A stretch of 64,000 nt of DNA, taken from NCBI GenBank assembly GCA_016214895.1, contig JACRMR010000012.1, positions 297,142-361,141 on the forward strand, in the 5' to 3' direction. Position 1 is the stretch's first letter, and each line of letters opens with the position of its first letter. The notes under the pieces are model-generated. The model was not told where the DNA came from. It did not search any database and was given only the letters and a program-made list of their open reading frames with translations. Positions 1-10,648 of this stretch are shown piece by piece. Origin of the DNA: Candidatus Zhuqueibacterota bacterium (GTDB lineage Bacteria > Electryoneota > RPQS01). The position numbers and the translations under genes were made by a program.

Positions 1-2523
1 GTTTATGATCTCCGAGCCACCCGTGGCCGTCGGGAAGAATGCGCCGCGCTGGGTCGTGAACACGACCGTTGCGCCGTTGATCGGCACACTATTCCCGTCC
101 TGGACCATTGCCACACACTGAATCTGCGACGGGTCAGTGCGCTGTCCGTAATGCCACGCGTTCGGCGTGCAGATCAAGTCCAACAGTGGTTCCTGCATCG
201 GCAGCGTGAACAGCTCGGTGGCCGAGACGGCACCCGGAGCGGCGGTACGGGCTGTGATTGAGATGGTCTCGAACGTCGCCTGCGAGTTGTAGCGCAAGAT
301 CGTGTATGCAACACCGGGACGATGGTCACCGTTCTTGTCCGCGTTGCAGACAATGACGTTCGCCGACAAGATCTGCGCCGTGTCCGGATCGACCTCGAAG
401 AAGACCGCGACACTGCAGCGCACGGCGTTGTTGTACTGATCGAGAACCAGCGCATTCACCTCGAGATCCCAGGCCGCGCCGGCGTCATCGCCGACTTCGT
501 CCACACCGATGTCGATACTGGCGGGCGGACCGGCCACCACCGAACCGTTTGAGGCCGAGGCACAAATCGTCTGCCCGTCCTCTGCCACGCAACACGCCTG
601 AACACTGAACGGTCCGGGAATCGTGCCCGCATTCAGCGTAGCCACCGCGATGCCATTCGCCGTCGTCGATGAGTCGCTGAAGCCGTGGTTGTTAATATTG
701 ATTCCGCCGAGCAACTCGCCGCCGATGATGCGGAAGCCGACCCGGATGCCATCCGGGGCCGCGTTGTTATTGGCGTCGCGAACGCGCGCCGTCAACGTGG
801 TCGATGACTGGCCGCCGGTCCCGGCGACTTCGACGCTGGGCGGTGTGACTTCAAGCAGAATGGTATTGGCGCTGCCTGAGGTCACGAAGATCACCGTCGA
901 ATCGACGGCAACGGCACCCAACTCCACTTTCACGGTCACGGAACCGGCAGTGACACCGGTATTCAGCGTCACACGCGCCTGACCGTTGATATCCGTTGAG
1001 ATCGGCGATTGCGGCGTCAAGGTCCCAGACGTTGACGTTGTCGTGAAAGTCACCGCTTCGCCATCGCGGACGTTATTGGCGAGCGAATCCTGCACCTGAG
1101 CGATGAAGCCCACGGTTCCGTTAACGGGAACCACCGGCAGTTCTGCGACGATGGAGACCATGCGCGCCGGACCCGGATCGATGATGAACTGGAGGTGGTT
1201 GGATTCTACTCCGCGCACCATCGCATACATTTCAGCCGGATCAGACGGCGGGGTCACATTCGTGCAAACGGTCCAGTACACGGGAGAGATGAACGCACCG
1301 TTCCGAATCTCGACGCTGTCCACCGCAAACGTACCGCACTCTTTGTAGAGATACGCGAACAATCCGTTGATGCGATTGCCGTTGTCGTAGGCGGCAAGGA
1401 GCTGAAGCGCAATCGAGTCCTGTCCGGCGGTTCCTGAATAGCGGGACGCGGACAGGATCACATTGCCGACATTTGCCGCGGGATCAATGCGCACATGCAC
1501 GGTGTCCGCCAGACCCCACTTCGGGTAGCGCGCGATGACCAGCGCGGAATCGTTGGGATCGATGCTGTTCGGGATCCCGCCGCCGCAGAGAATGCGCTGA
1601 ACCACGCCGCTGCTATCGGTGATGCCGAATGAACTGATGCTGCCCACGCCGCCGGGCGTGCCGAAGTAGATTGTATCGTTCGGAACGGCTACGCCATATG
1701 CGTCTTCCAGTGTGGCGGTGATCGTCGCATTCGTCACGCAGCCATCGGCGTTGATGCGGCTGATGTTCGTGGAGACACTCAGTACTCCGGTCACGAGGGT
1801 CAGCTCGACATGCACCTGTGACGAGTCGGACTTGCCCCCCGCCCGCACGTAGATCCAGCCCTCGCCGGACTCCCCATCCGGGTACCACCACGTGACCGTG
1901 CGACCGGATTCATCGGTGGCCGGCGGAGGCGTGAAGCGGCCCAGATCCGTGCTCATCTGCACGTTGACATTCGCGATCCCCTGGTGATTCACGTCACGCA
2001 AGGTAATCAAGCATTGCACCGAATCCTCGCCGGAAGGACTGGTGTTGACGCGATCCGGCGTGATATCAAGGTTGATCGAGCCGACCACGTCGCGAGCCTC
2101 TCGGACTGAAATCGGCACCGAAGCGACCACGCCGGAGGCATTGACGTTGATCACATTGTCGCCCTGCTGCGCGTAGGAGCGATAGACGCATTCCACACGA
2201 CCGAGGCCGTTCGACGTGTCACGCAGCTGCGTGTCCACATACTCGATAAAGCCGAGGCTCGCATTGGTGAGCGAGATCGCCACCCGGACCCCCTGCATCA
2301 CCACGCCGGAACGATCGCGAACCACGATGCTGACCGTGGTCGAAGCCGAATCGCCGGGCAGGTACTGCAACGTGTCGTCCCCGAGCACGATCTGCAGCGA
2401 TCCGACGCCACCGTCGGTGTTACCCCCTGTGCCAGACGTGCTCTTGTCGGAACAGCCCACGGCGAGCAGCAGCACCGCCATCACGCACATCAAGACGAAA
2501 GCTGTGCCGAGTTTCTTCTTCAT
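1..2523 (-). CDS. Partial (C-terminus beyond window start) giant surface lipoprotein with tandem bacterial Ig-like group 1 (Big_1, invasin/intimin-type) repeats
   Basis: The reverse strand translates without a stop from the ATG at 2521-2523 (MKKKLGTAFVLMCVMAVLLLAVGCSDKS, signal peptide plus lipobox LAVGC) down to position 1. The translation shows repeated ~90-aa units of the pattern ...TATLTD.YGN.V.NG..VTFTTT.G.L... typical of Big_1 domains. It is absent from the supplied ORF track because no stop lies inside the window. Confidence 0.6.
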   Translation of the reverse strand, partial: MKKKLGTAFVLMCVMAVLLLAVGCSDKSTSGTGGNTDGGVGSLQIVLGDDTLQYLPGDSASTTVSIVVRDRSGVVMQGVRVAISLTNASLGFIEYVDTQLRDTSNGLGRVECVYRSYAQQGDNVINVNASGVVASVPISVREARDVVGSINLDITPDRVNTSPSGEDSVQCLITLRDVNHQGIANVNVQMSTDLGRFTPPPATDESGRTVTWWYPDGESGEGWIYVRAGGKSDSSQVHVELTLVTGVLSVSTNISRINADGCVTNATITATLEDAYGVAVPNDTIYFGTPGGVGSISSFGITDSSGVVQRILCGGGIPNSIDPNDSALVIARYPKWGLADTVHVRIDPAANVGNVILSASRYSGTAGQDSIALQLLAAYDNGNRINGLFAYLYKECGTFAVDSVEIRNGAFISPVYWTVCTNVTPPSDPAEMYAMVRGVESNHLQFIIDPGPARMVSIVAELPVVPVNGTVGFIAQVQDSLANNVRDGEAVTFTTTSTSGTLTPQSPISTDINGQARVTLNTGVTAGSVTVKVELGAVAVDSTVIFVTSGSANTILLEVTPPSVEVAGTGGQSSTTLTARVRDANNNAAPDGIRVGFRIIGGELLGGININNHGFSDSSTTANGIAVATLNAGTIPGPFSVQACCVAEDGQTICASASNGSVVAGPPASIDIGVDEVGDDAGAAWDLEVNALVLDQYNNAVRCSVAVFFEVDPDTAQILSANVIVCNADKNGDHRPGVAYTILRYNSQATFETISITARTAAPGAVSATELFTLPMQEPLLDLICTPNAWHYGQRTDPSQIQCVAMVQDGNSVPINGATVVFTTQRGAFFPTATGGSEIIN

Positions 2524-2632
2524 CTGAGTCTCCATACGCCCCTCCAAACGGTTGAATGTGAATGAACCGATCGGAAGCTTCCAAAGCTGCTTGGAATCCC
2601 CCGATTGATCCGGGCCACCACCGGAGAGCGTA

Positions 2633-4351
2633 TTACTTGGTTGTCTGTTGAACGACCAGGACCACCGTCGCCACTTGCGCCGCGGTCGCGATAAAATCCT
2701 TGAACGAATTCCACGCCGACGCATAGGCCGGCTTCGGCGGAACGTAAATCAGATCACCCGGATCGATCGGCAGCGACGACTGGTAGCGGATCTGCGAACC
2801 GTTGCGGGCCTTGATGATCATGGCCCGATGCACCCAACCCCCCTTGTTCTTGCCGCCGGCCGCGTCGATGTAATAGCGGATGTCCTCGTCCGCTTGCCAG
2901 GCGACTTCGCCGGCTTCGTTGACCGCTCCGACCACTCGTACACCGAGCGGAGTCCGCGGAATCTCGAGCCGGTCGCCGCTGTGCAGCACGATATCGCCGG
3001 CTTCATTATTCAGCGATTCCGCATGACTGAGGTCGAGCACGACGGTCGAATAGTCCCAACGCGCAAACTCAGCCGCCAGACCGGGATCGTTTTCAAGACT
3101 GATTACCTGCGAAGACCGAAACAACTCGGCAAGAATGCGGTCCCGCTCGGGCAGCAGCGGGTCCTGCTTCGGATCGCGAATCAACCGCGCGGACTGCGCC
3201 GCCGCCGTGGGCAGCAACCCACCCGCCGAAGCCAAGATGTCCCGCAGAGTGGTCTCGCCGCTCGTCACGGCATAACCGCCGGGATGCGCGACTTCGCCGG
3301 AAATTAGTACGGAACCGATCCGACTGGTATCCGGCGCTCCCACCACCAGTACGTGATCGCCGGGAGCAAGCTTTGTCGTCAACAGGCCCGGTGTCGTGAC
3401 GATATCCAGCGACTTCGGTCCACCGGACCGTCCAATCACCTGTATAGATCGGCCATCCGCGGTTTCACTAAGGCCGCCCGCAAGTTTAATGGCGGTGCCC
3501 AGATCGTCGCTCTGTTTCCACTCAAAAGACCCGCCGCTGCGAACGCTACCCGTGACGGTGATTGACGGACCGCCGTCGGTCTTCTCCGGAACGTTGATCG
3601 ACTGACCGTCACGCAGCAACGGATTGGCAGACGTGACTCCGGACCGGAAGAAGAGGGCAAGATCGGCCGTGCCCGAGAGGGAACCGTCACGATTCACCAC
3701 GGCAATCTGGCGCAGGGAGCCAATATTGGCCGAGTCGATCCCGTCCTTCGAGAAGGAGACCGTTCGGGCGAACCCGCCCGCTGCGTCAATCGCATCGGCG
3801 ATCCGGTCCGTCGCCCGCACGACGTAGGTTCCCGGAAAGTTGACTGCGCCCGTCACATGTACGCGAAACCGGCGGGGAGTAACCAGCGACGAGGACACCG
3901 CGGCAATCCGCATGGATCGGGCGACCGCTTCATCAATCTCCGCTTTCGCGCGGTTCAACGTGCGATCGGCAACCCGAACCATCCCAACCAGCGGCACGGC
4001 CAGTTCGCCCTCGGCGTTGACGGTGGCCGAAACTTCGCTGTAAGTCGGCTTCCAGAAATACAGCATGAACTGATCGCCGGGACCGACCACATACTCGTCG
4101 GGATTGACCGCGCCTTCAAAGAACACCTCACCGGACTTCGCAGGCAGGCCGGCTGACCTCGACAAGAGCGACTGTAGATCGTTAGGTGAGCCACCCGGAC
4201 TCATCGAAGAACCGCCCGAGGGTATTTGCCCCAGCAACGTACAAGTCAGGCACACCAGCGCGACGACGATCAGGCCCGTCCGCGCGCCGGTGGCACTCAA
4301 AGGTGCACGAAGAATACTACTTCTCTTCAGGCTGCTGCCCCTCGGCGCCAT
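2633..4351 (-). CDS. Wza-like polysaccharide biosynthesis/export protein (Poly_export N-domain plus multiple SLBB domains)
   Basis: 572 aa with an N-terminal signal/TM segment, a Poly_export-like motif (YVVGPGDQFMLYFWKP...AVPLVGMVRVADRTLNRAKAEIDEAV) and several SLBB-like repeats. It overlaps the pilQ 3' end by ~35 nt. Confidence 0.7.
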   Translation of the reverse strand: MAPRGSSLKRSSILRAPLSATGARTGLIVVALVCLTCTLLGQIPSGGSSMSPGGSPNDLQSLLSRSAGLPAKSGEVFFEGAVNPDEYVVGPGDQFMLYFWKPTYSEVSATVNAEGELAVPLVGMVRVADRTLNRAKAEIDEAVARSMRIAAVSSSLVTPRRFRVHVTGAVNFPGTYVVRATDRIADAIDAAGGFARTVSFSKDGIDSANIGSLRQIAVVNRDGSLSGTADLALFFRSGVTSANPLLRDGQSINVPEKTDGGPSITVTGSVRSGGSFEWKQSDDLGTAIKLAGGLSETADGRSIQVIGRSGGPKSLDIVTTPGLLTTKLAPGDHVLVVGAPDTSRIGSVLISGEVAHPGGYAVTSGETTLRDILASAGGLLPTAAAQSARLIRDPKQDPLLPERDRILAELFRSSQVISLENDPGLAAEFARWDYSTVVLDLSHAESLNNEAGDIVLHSGDRLEIPRTPLGVRVVGAVNEAGEVAWQADEDIRYYIDAAGGKNKGGWVHRAMIIKARNGSQIRYQSSLPIDPGDLIYVPPKPAYASAWNSFKDFIATAAQVATVVLVVQQTTK

Positions 4352-5765
4352 CGGCGGGTATGAACTTGTCCTGTACTTCCTTCACGCGCGGCGGGAGCTG
4401 AAGCTCGTATCCCGTGCCCAGAATGTGCGGGGTGACCTGAATGATCAAATCCGTCTTGCGCGTGGTCTCCGCCGTGTGACGGAACAACCCGCCGATGAAC
4501 GGGATGTCGCCCAGGAACGGAACCCGATGCTTGTTCTTCGAGGACTCCGCACCGAGCAGACCCGCGATAATCACCGTCTCGCCGTCTTTGATTCGCAAGG
4601 TCGTCTTTGAGGTACGACGCTTAATCCACGGCACCTGCGTGTCCTGAGACTCTACAAACTGAAAGATCGACGACAGTTCCGGCGTGATGTCGGTCGTGAT
4701 GTAACCGTCCGAATTGATCTTCGGGCGTACTTTCAGCAGGACACCGACCACGACCCGCTCAATCTGCACCTGACCACCGACACCGCCGCTGCGGGCGATG
4801 TACGGAATCTCGTCCACGACCTGCAGACTGGCTTCCTTGTTGTTCAAGGTCGCGATTGCAGAATTGGCGAGAACTTCGGCGCGACCGCGTTTCTGCAGCA
4901 GGTCCAGCCCCACTTCAAAGGCCGTCGTCTGCTTCGTCCAGTAACCCAGGCGACGGGATTCCAGCGGGAAGTACGGCAGGAACGACGGCACTTTGCCTTT
5001 CGTGGACGGTTCGAGACCGGTCAGGGCAGGATTGCCGTCCTGGTCCACCATGTTACCGAAGGCATCAACCGGGCTTTCCGAAATCACCGTCGAGATGTTG
5101 GACAGCCGATTCCAATCGATACCGAGCATCTCTTCGTCATCCACCGCGACCTCGACCATCCGACACTCCAGCACGATCTGCAGCGCGGGACGGTCCACCT
5201 GTTCCACCACCTTCTGAATATCCGATATGACTTTCGGACTGGTGATGACGAGCAGCTTATTTCCGGTTGTATCGACCGAAATATCCGCCGTGAAATTCGC
5301 GAGCATTCTTGCGATGTCCGGCGCGGAGGTGTACTTCAGGTCAACCACATACGACGTCAGACCGACTTGTTCCTTGAGCTGCTTGGACGGCGCTACGAGG
5401 AATGACTGTCCGACAATCTCGTAGGACAACCCGGCCGCGCGAACCACAAGGTTCATGGCTTGCTCGATCGGAACGTCCCGCAGATGGACGGAAATCTTCT
5501 CTTCCTTGTTGACGCCCGGGCCGGTGACAATATTGAAGCCGCTCTTGTCCGCCAGGATGGACAGGACCGAAGGTAAGAAGGCATCGTCGGCGTCGATGGT
5601 CACGAGCCGGTTCAACCCTTCATCCGCCGCGGCCCGCGCAAGCTCCGGCCGCAGCACCGCTGACAACACGAACAAAGCAACCATGAAGGAGAGCACCGAG
5701 GTCACGCTCGCGGCCGAAACGGTCGACCTCGTGAGGTGCTTGGGGAAAAGCTTGCAGAATCTCAA
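4317..5765 (-). CDS. pilQ: Type IV pilus secretin PilQ (GspD/PilQ secretin family)
   Basis: 482 aa with Secretin_N-like repeats and the C-terminal secretin signature VPFLGDIPFIGGLFR...LIIQVTPHIL. It is the last gene of a pilMNOPQ-ordered operon. Confidence 0.85.
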   Translation of the reverse strand: MRFCKLFPKHLTRSTVSAASVTSVLSFMVALFVLSAVLRPELARAAADEGLNRLVTIDADDAFLPSVLSILADKSGFNIVTGPGVNKEEKISVHLRDVPIEQAMNLVVRAAGLSYEIVGQSFLVAPSKQLKEQVGLTSYVVDLKYTSAPDIARMLANFTADISVDTTGNKLLVITSPKVISDIQKVVEQVDRPALQIVLECRMVEVAVDDEEMLGIDWNRLSNISTVISESPVDAFGNMVDQDGNPALTGLEPSTKGKVPSFLPYFPLESRRLGYWTKQTTAFEVGLDLLQKRGRAEVLANSAIATLNNKEASLQVVDEIPYIARSGGVGGQVQIERVVVGVLLKVRPKINSDGYITTDITPELSSIFQFVESQDTQVPWIKRRTSKTTLRIKDGETVIIAGLLGAESSKNKHRVPFLGDIPFIGGLFRHTAETTRKTDLIIQVTPHILGTGYELQLPPRVKEVQDKFIPADGAEGQQPEEK

Positions 5766-5904
5766 CGGGCTGTTACCTCTCCGACGTTGATGAATTGATT
5801 TTCTCGAAACTGGGGATCACAGTCCGCGGCGTTTCCCCCGCCCGCGGCACTGCGCCGCCCGCGCATCACCACTGCTTCGCCCGCGGCGAAGCGAGTCCGT
5901 TCAC

Positions 5905-6453
5905 CTAATAATTCTGCGGCGCCGACACCGAGGTCGTGGTCTGACCTTCGGAAAGTTCGCTCTCAGGCGCCGATTCATTCACGAGCACCAACGACGCTCC
6001 GCCGCGAACGAGAATCGCCTGCCGCGATGTGATCTTGGAGATGTGGAAGCCGTTAAAATCATCGCCCTCATGAACCACGTGGCTGCGGCCCATGAACTTG
6101 ATGATCGCCGACGGAGTCTCGCCCATCACCGTGCACGACAGCCGCATCCGGCCCTGCTGCTCCAGCGTCTCCGTCATCCCCAAACTGGCCAGAAACTTCC
6201 GCGATTGAATCGCCTTCGTCAGGTCAAACGGATTGTTCTCGACCTGCGTCTGATACGCCATGCGCTCGTTGAGATTCCGCTCCAGAGTGCTGACCGTCTC
6301 CTTCAACTGAGCGTCGGTGCCCAGCGTGATCTTCTGCTGCTTCAGCGATTCCACCTGCTTCGACATCCGGTAGTTGCTGTAGCCGATCCAGATCATCGCC
6401 GCGCACAAGAGCGTGAGGATGATGCCCCAAAGTACGTTTACGCGCTGTCCCAT
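5905..6453 (-). CDS. pilP: PilP-like pilus assembly lipoprotein (position-based)
   Basis: 182 aa with an N-terminal TM/signal and a coiled-coil segment. It sits between pilO and pilQ as in canonical pilMNOPQ. Sequence similarity alone is weak. Confidence 0.45.
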   Translation of the reverse strand: MGQRVNVLWGIILTLLCAAMIWIGYSNYRMSKQVESLKQQKITLGTDAQLKETVSTLERNLNERMAYQTQVENNPFDLTKAIQSRKFLASLGMTETLEQQGRMRLSCTVMGETPSAIIKFMGRSHVVHEGDDFNGFHISKITSRQAILVRGGASLVLVNESAPESELSEGQTTTSVSAPQNY

Positions 6454-6471
6454 ATCTGGAATCGGTCCTCG

Positions 6472-7026
6472 TTACTTGTGTTTGATCAACGTCAACGTCG
6501 ACATCGTGATCTTCATCGGGCGCTTCTCCAACTCGCCGTTCTTGGCCAGCGCCTGGACCTTCTTCACCGTGCTGGTCAAATCCAGATTGTCCACCGTGAC
6601 CAGCCGGTTCGAGCGCTCGATATCGTTGAGGAAATTCACCAGCGACTTGTAGCTCGTCATGACTTCCAGCGAATACGGCGTCTGGATATAATCCGCGAAA
6701 TTCTTGCGGCGGCCCGGCTCAATCGTCACCAGATTGATGTCGTACTGACGCAGAATGTCCGTGACTTGATTCATGAACGGCAGCGACGCGTCCTCCGCCA
6801 GCGAATCCCGCGCCGACTGCGCCAAATTGCCCTCGATCAGCCGCGTCACCTGCTTCAACTCGTTGGCGATGATCTGCGCGGCGATCAGCTTCTCATTTTC
6901 CTGCTGAATCTGACGATCCAGCTCGCGAACCTTGGCCGGCAGCGGCGCGTAGGTCAGCTTCTGGTAGTAATAGAACCCCAGACCCGCCACCGCCAGCAAT
7001 ATCAGCCCAATCAGTACTTTTCTCAT
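6472..7026 (-). CDS. pilO: Type IV pilus assembly protein PilO
   Basis: Internal ATG start MRKVLIGLILLAVAGLGFYYY (single TM) followed by coiled-coil and PilO-like periplasmic domain. The track ORF 6472..7113 carries an N-terminal extension that overlaps pilN. Confidence 0.6.
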   Translation of the reverse strand: MRKVLIGLILLAVAGLGFYYYQKLTYAPLPAKVRELDRQIQQENEKLIAAQIIANELKQVTRLIEGNLAQSARDSLAEDASLPFMNQVTDILRQYDINLVTIEPGRRKNFADYIQTPYSLEVMTSYKSLVNFLNDIERSNRLVTVDNLDLTSTVKKVQALAKNGELEKRPMKITMSTLTLIKHK

Positions 7027-7037
7027 GGGGGGCGCGG

Positions 7038-7664
7038 TTAGAAGTTGATTCCGGTCTTGGTGTCGCGATTGACCGCCGCCTTCTTCTTGGCGTCGGGATC
7101 CGCGGTCAGGCACTCAATCGAGAAGATCAAGGCATCCTGATCTTCGACGACCTTGCGCAGTGATTGATCGAAGCGAATTTCGTGGAGGCCGTGGCGAAAC
7201 TCGGGCGTCCCCTTGAGCAGCTCGATGAACTTCGATATGACTTCGAACTCCTTGATGTTGGAGTCAACCTGCGCGACCGCCTGAATCCTGAACACCTTGT
7301 TTTGGTAGTCCAAGCCGGTAACGGCCATGCCCGCCGGCAAGATCTCGGCCAGCTTCTCCAGCCGCCGAGCCCAGAGGAAGCGATCATTCTCCAGCTTGGC
7401 GAGTGAGGACACATCGTCTTTGGAAACCTTGGTGCCCTCACGCTTCAAGCTGTCAAGTTCGAATCGAATGCGCTCCAACTTCTGCTGCCGCGACTGCACG
7501 ACGTCGCGCATCGCCGCCGTCTGCGCCCAGGTCATCCCGCCGAGCACAACGAACACCAGGGTGAGCAAGCCCAACACCAGATAGGAACGCCGTTCCTGCT
7601 TGCGCTGCTTGAGGATGACCTCACCCTCACCCTTGTTCAGGTTAATAGTAAACTGTTTGACCAT
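7038..7664 (-). CDS. pilN: Type IV pilus assembly protein PilN
   Basis: 208 aa with a short cytoplasmic N-terminus, one TM (LVLGLLTLVFVVLGG) and a coiled-coil periplasmic domain. It lies immediately downstream of pilM. Confidence 0.7.
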   Translation of the reverse strand: MVKQFTINLNKGEGEVILKQRKQERRSYLVLGLLTLVFVVLGGMTWAQTAAMRDVVQSRQQKLERIRFELDSLKREGTKVSKDDVSSLAKLENDRFLWARRLEKLAEILPAGMAVTGLDYQNKVFRIQAVAQVDSNIKEFEVISKFIELLKGTPEFRHGLHEIRFDQSLRKVVEDQDALIFSIECLTADPDAKKKAAVNRDTKTGINF

Positions 7665-7684
7665 GGATCTCGCGGGTTACGGCT

Positions 7685-8761
7685 TCAAATCGCTTGCGCG
7701 CGAGCCGCCAGCCCCACCGCCGCGGCAAATTGATATCGACTGCGAACCTCGCTCGATCCTTCAACGTGGGCAAAGGGATCGAACGGCCGAACTTCGATGC
7801 TGAACTTCTCCGCCAGATAATCGCAGAGCTCGAGACTCTCGGCGACGCCGCCGACCAGCTCCATCCGGGTGAAAAAGCTCTGGCCGGTCTCCTTCACGTA
7901 ATAGCGGAGCGACCGGTTCACTTCATCACTGAGCTTGTCGATCGCCGGCTTATCCGCCAGCGACAGGCCGTCGCCCGCGCTCTCGCCGCCCACGACTTTT
8001 ACGCCCTTGGCCCCGATGCCCTGCGTGCGCTTGATCTCCTCGGCCTCCGTAAACTTCACGTTCAACTTCTTCATAATCTCGTCGCTGAAGGCCCAGCCGC
8101 CGACCGGCAGATCGCGGCTGAAAAACGGATCCTTGCGGCCGATGATCACGAGGTTCGTGCGCCGGGCGCCAATATTGAGAAACACCACCACGCCGTCGTC
8201 GGGCAACTCACTGGTCGAGAGATAGGAATTGAGCGAGGCGAGCGGTTCGAGGTCCACGACGCCGGGCTTGAGCTCCAGCTCATGCAGGATGTCCAGATGA
8301 GCATCGAATACGCGCTTGGTGGTCGCGGCGATCAACACGCGCACCTTGTCCGCGTCTTTCGTATCCTCGCCGATGATCTGGTAGTCCACCACGGTCTCAC
8401 TGCCATCCAGCGGAAGATGCTTGCGGGCCTCCTGAAGAATGCCCGAGGCCATCTCCTCTTCCGGCATTTGCAGCGTCTTGATCTCCTTGGCCGCCTGATT
8501 GAGACCGCCAATCGAGCTGCCCAGATGATGCACGCGCTTCGGACGAACGCCGGCCTCCTGGAACATCTCCAGAATCAGCGGAACGACCGCGGTCTTCTTG
8601 GGACCATCCGGGTCATACTTCTCCTGACCCGTGTAAATATTCCGGGTAAGCGCCTTCACCAGCTTGGAACGGCCGTGACTGCCCTTCTCGGTCAGCACCA
8701 ATTTGATCGCGTGCGAGCCGATATCGAGGCCCACTCGCAGGTTCGAGTTCAAACCAAACAC
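7685..8761 (-). CDS. pilM: Type IV pilus assembly ATPase-fold protein PilM (actin-like)
   Basis: 358 aa whose N-terminus (LRVGLDIGSHAIKLV) and overall FtsA/actin-like fold pattern are typical of PilM. It is the first gene of the pilMNOPQ set. Confidence 0.85.
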   Translation of the reverse strand: MFGLNSNLRVGLDIGSHAIKLVLTEKGSHGRSKLVKALTRNIYTGQEKYDPDGPKKTAVVPLILEMFQEAGVRPKRVHHLGSSIGGLNQAAKEIKTLQMPEEEMASGILQEARKHLPLDGSETVVDYQIIGEDTKDADKVRVLIAATTKRVFDAHLDILHELELKPGVVDLEPLASLNSYLSTSELPDDGVVVFLNIGARRTNLVIIGRKDPFFSRDLPVGGWAFSDEIMKKLNVKFTEAEEIKRTQGIGAKGVKVVGGESAGDGLSLADKPAIDKLSDEVNRSLRYYVKETGQSFFTRMELVGGVAESLELCDYLAEKFSIEVRPFDPFAHVEGSSEVRSRYQFAAAVGLAARAQAI

Positions 8762-9103
8762 ACGTGCTCCTTACACACCGGGAAATTCAGGATCGTATTC
8801 CGCCGAATCGCGAACGTCAACAGCCGGACGCGGCAGGATCGCTCCAAGAGGTGAGACTGTATTGAGAGAGGATGAAGCAGGGGGGTCGCGCGGCGCGACA
8901 ACGCGCGCCGCGCGACGCTCGGTTCCGGGAAGATAACGTGAAGATCGGACACAGGAATGAACAAGGATAGAATCCGGAAATCATCTAAGACCGGAATCCG
9001 CCATGCCACTCCTGAAGCATGGCCTCCGCCGTCTGTTCGTTACACTTGGCTTCGAGCCCCGCCCGACTCGCCGCACTCGCACCACCTGAAGCCGCTGCCC
9101 CGG

Positions 9104-10648
9104 TCAGTTGAACCGGGTGTAGTTGCGCTGATTGATGTCCACCTGATCGTCCACACCCTGACCCCACTGCACGATGTCAAACAACGCGTGACCGGAATTG
9201 TCAACCGCATCGAAAAAGCACGGCGGCCGCTTGGAAAGCAACCGGCGATCGTAGCGATACTGCTTCAGATAGCCGGTACTCTGACGCGTGGAGCGGTGGA
9301 CATAGCCACGGCGCATTTGCGTGACCGAGCCGTAAACAAAGATCTGGCCGCGGTCGTCCGGTGCGCAGGTGCAGACATAGCCGCTATCGACGTCGTTCTG
9401 GTTCTCAAACGTGAAACTCTCGCCCAAAGCCACGATCGCCGCCGTGATCACGATGTCCGTCAGTGCGGGATTCGTCTGGGCATTGCCCAAGCCGGCGGAA
9501 TTCTCGCGACCGTTCGCGGGGGTGTTGGCGATCTTGATGTCCTGTTCGCTGACCAGCCCCAAGTAATCGTCACAGCCGTTCGGGATGATGCCCTGATTCG
9601 TCGTCCCGACGTACTTGATGTCATCCAGCAGACGCATCGTGAACGAGGTGCCAATCGTCACCCTCCCGTCGAGCGTGCCATACACCTCCAATGGGCAATC
9701 ACAGAAGATTCCGATGTCCGTGCTTCCCGGGATCGGCACCAGCCAGCGGTTCGTGGAGTCAAACGGCGTGCCGGTCGGCCACTGGTACATGCGAATGGAC
9801 GAACCCATAAACACGGCGCGGATGGTCTGCTCAAACCCGGTACCGTAGAAGTAGCCATTGTTTGCCGCGCATTGACGAAGCCGTTCGGCCTGATCGGGGA
9901 TCAGGACTCCGGGTGCATTGAAAAACGGCGGAATCGCGAAGTACGGATTGTAGCCGGTACCGCGCCAAAAATCGTCTTCCGTCGTCGATACGATATCAAA
10001 GAACTGTGGATCCTGCATGATCGCTATCATGCTGTTCGAGTGCACACGTCCATTCAGCGTGTCGCCATGCCAGAACTTGATGCGGTCGCCGAAGCTCGTC
10101 ACCTCTTCATCGGTCAAGTACATGTAGTCCGCAAAATTGCGGATCTTCACGAACAGCACGGCGCGCCGGCGGACATCCTTCGGCTCCGCCTCCCCGTTCT
10201 GAAAGAACGGCACGGTCGCCACGCCGATCGACGAGATCCGAAATGCCTTGTCCTGCGACCAGAAATCACCCGGATCGGTCGTGGTGGTCAACGGGTGCAC
10301 GACCACATTCTCATAACGGCCGAAACCTTCGACCTGCTGCCCCTGCAGGACGACATCCGAGTTCGGCAGCAACGCGGCCTGCTGCGTACGCAGCCACGTA
10401 AAGCCCTTCTCAATGACCCCCATCTGCGCCAGATAGTAGGCCTGCATGGCTGCGGCCGCGTGCGTGGACTGGTTCGACTCGTCCGTGGACCAGCGCATGA
10501 ACGCCAGTCCCGTTCCGAGCAGGACCATACCCAGCACCACCACTGCCATCATCACGTAGCCGCCCTGCTGAATGCGGAGGCGATATGCACGCTGTTCGTG
10601 ATCCATAGAATCCCTCTTTGGGTTTGAAAAATCCCCACCCTTTCCCAT
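9104..10648 (-). CDS. PilX_N-domain minor pilin-like protein with a large C-terminal domain
   Basis: The N-terminus RLRIQQGGYVMMAVVVLGMVLLGTGLAFMRWSTDESNQSTHAAAAMQAYYLAQMG matches the PilX N-terminal pattern (QRG.ALI..LLVL.VL..LGL.A...S..E......QA..AAEAG). It lies within the pilus locus. The antisense ORF 8957..10627 was rejected. Confidence 0.45.
   Translation of the reverse strand: MGKGGDFSNPKRDSMDHEQRAYRLRIQQGGYVMMAVVVLGMVLLGTGLAFMRWSTDESNQSTHAAAAMQAYYLAQMGVIEKGFTWLRTQQAALLPNSDVVLQGQQVEGFGRYENVVVHPLTTTTDPGDFWSQDKAFRISSIGVATVPFFQNGEAEPKDVRRRAVLFVKIRNFADYMYLTDEEVTSFGDRIKFWHGDTLNGRVHSNSMIAIMQDPQFFDIVSTTEDDFWRGTGYNPYFAIPPFFNAPGVLIPDQAERLRQCAANNGYFYGTGFEQTIRAVFMGSSIRMYQWPTGTPFDSTNRWLVPIPGSTDIGIFCDCPLEVYGTLDGRVTIGTSFTMRLLDDIKYVGTTNQGIIPNGCDDYLGLVSEQDIKIANTPANGRENSAGLGNAQTNPALTDIVITAAIVALGESFTFENQNDVDSGYVCTCAPDDRGQIFVYGSVTQMRRGYVHRSTRQSTGYLKQYRYDRRLLSKRPPCFFDAVDNSGHALFDIVQWGQGVDDQVDINQRNYTRFN

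Noticed and set aside
8957-10627. 556-aa + strand ORF
   Set aside because: It is antisense to the PilX_N-domain gene, Arg-rich with low complexity typical of high-GC antisense frames, and has no motifs. The minus-strand ORF has a TM segment and a pilin-like N-terminus.
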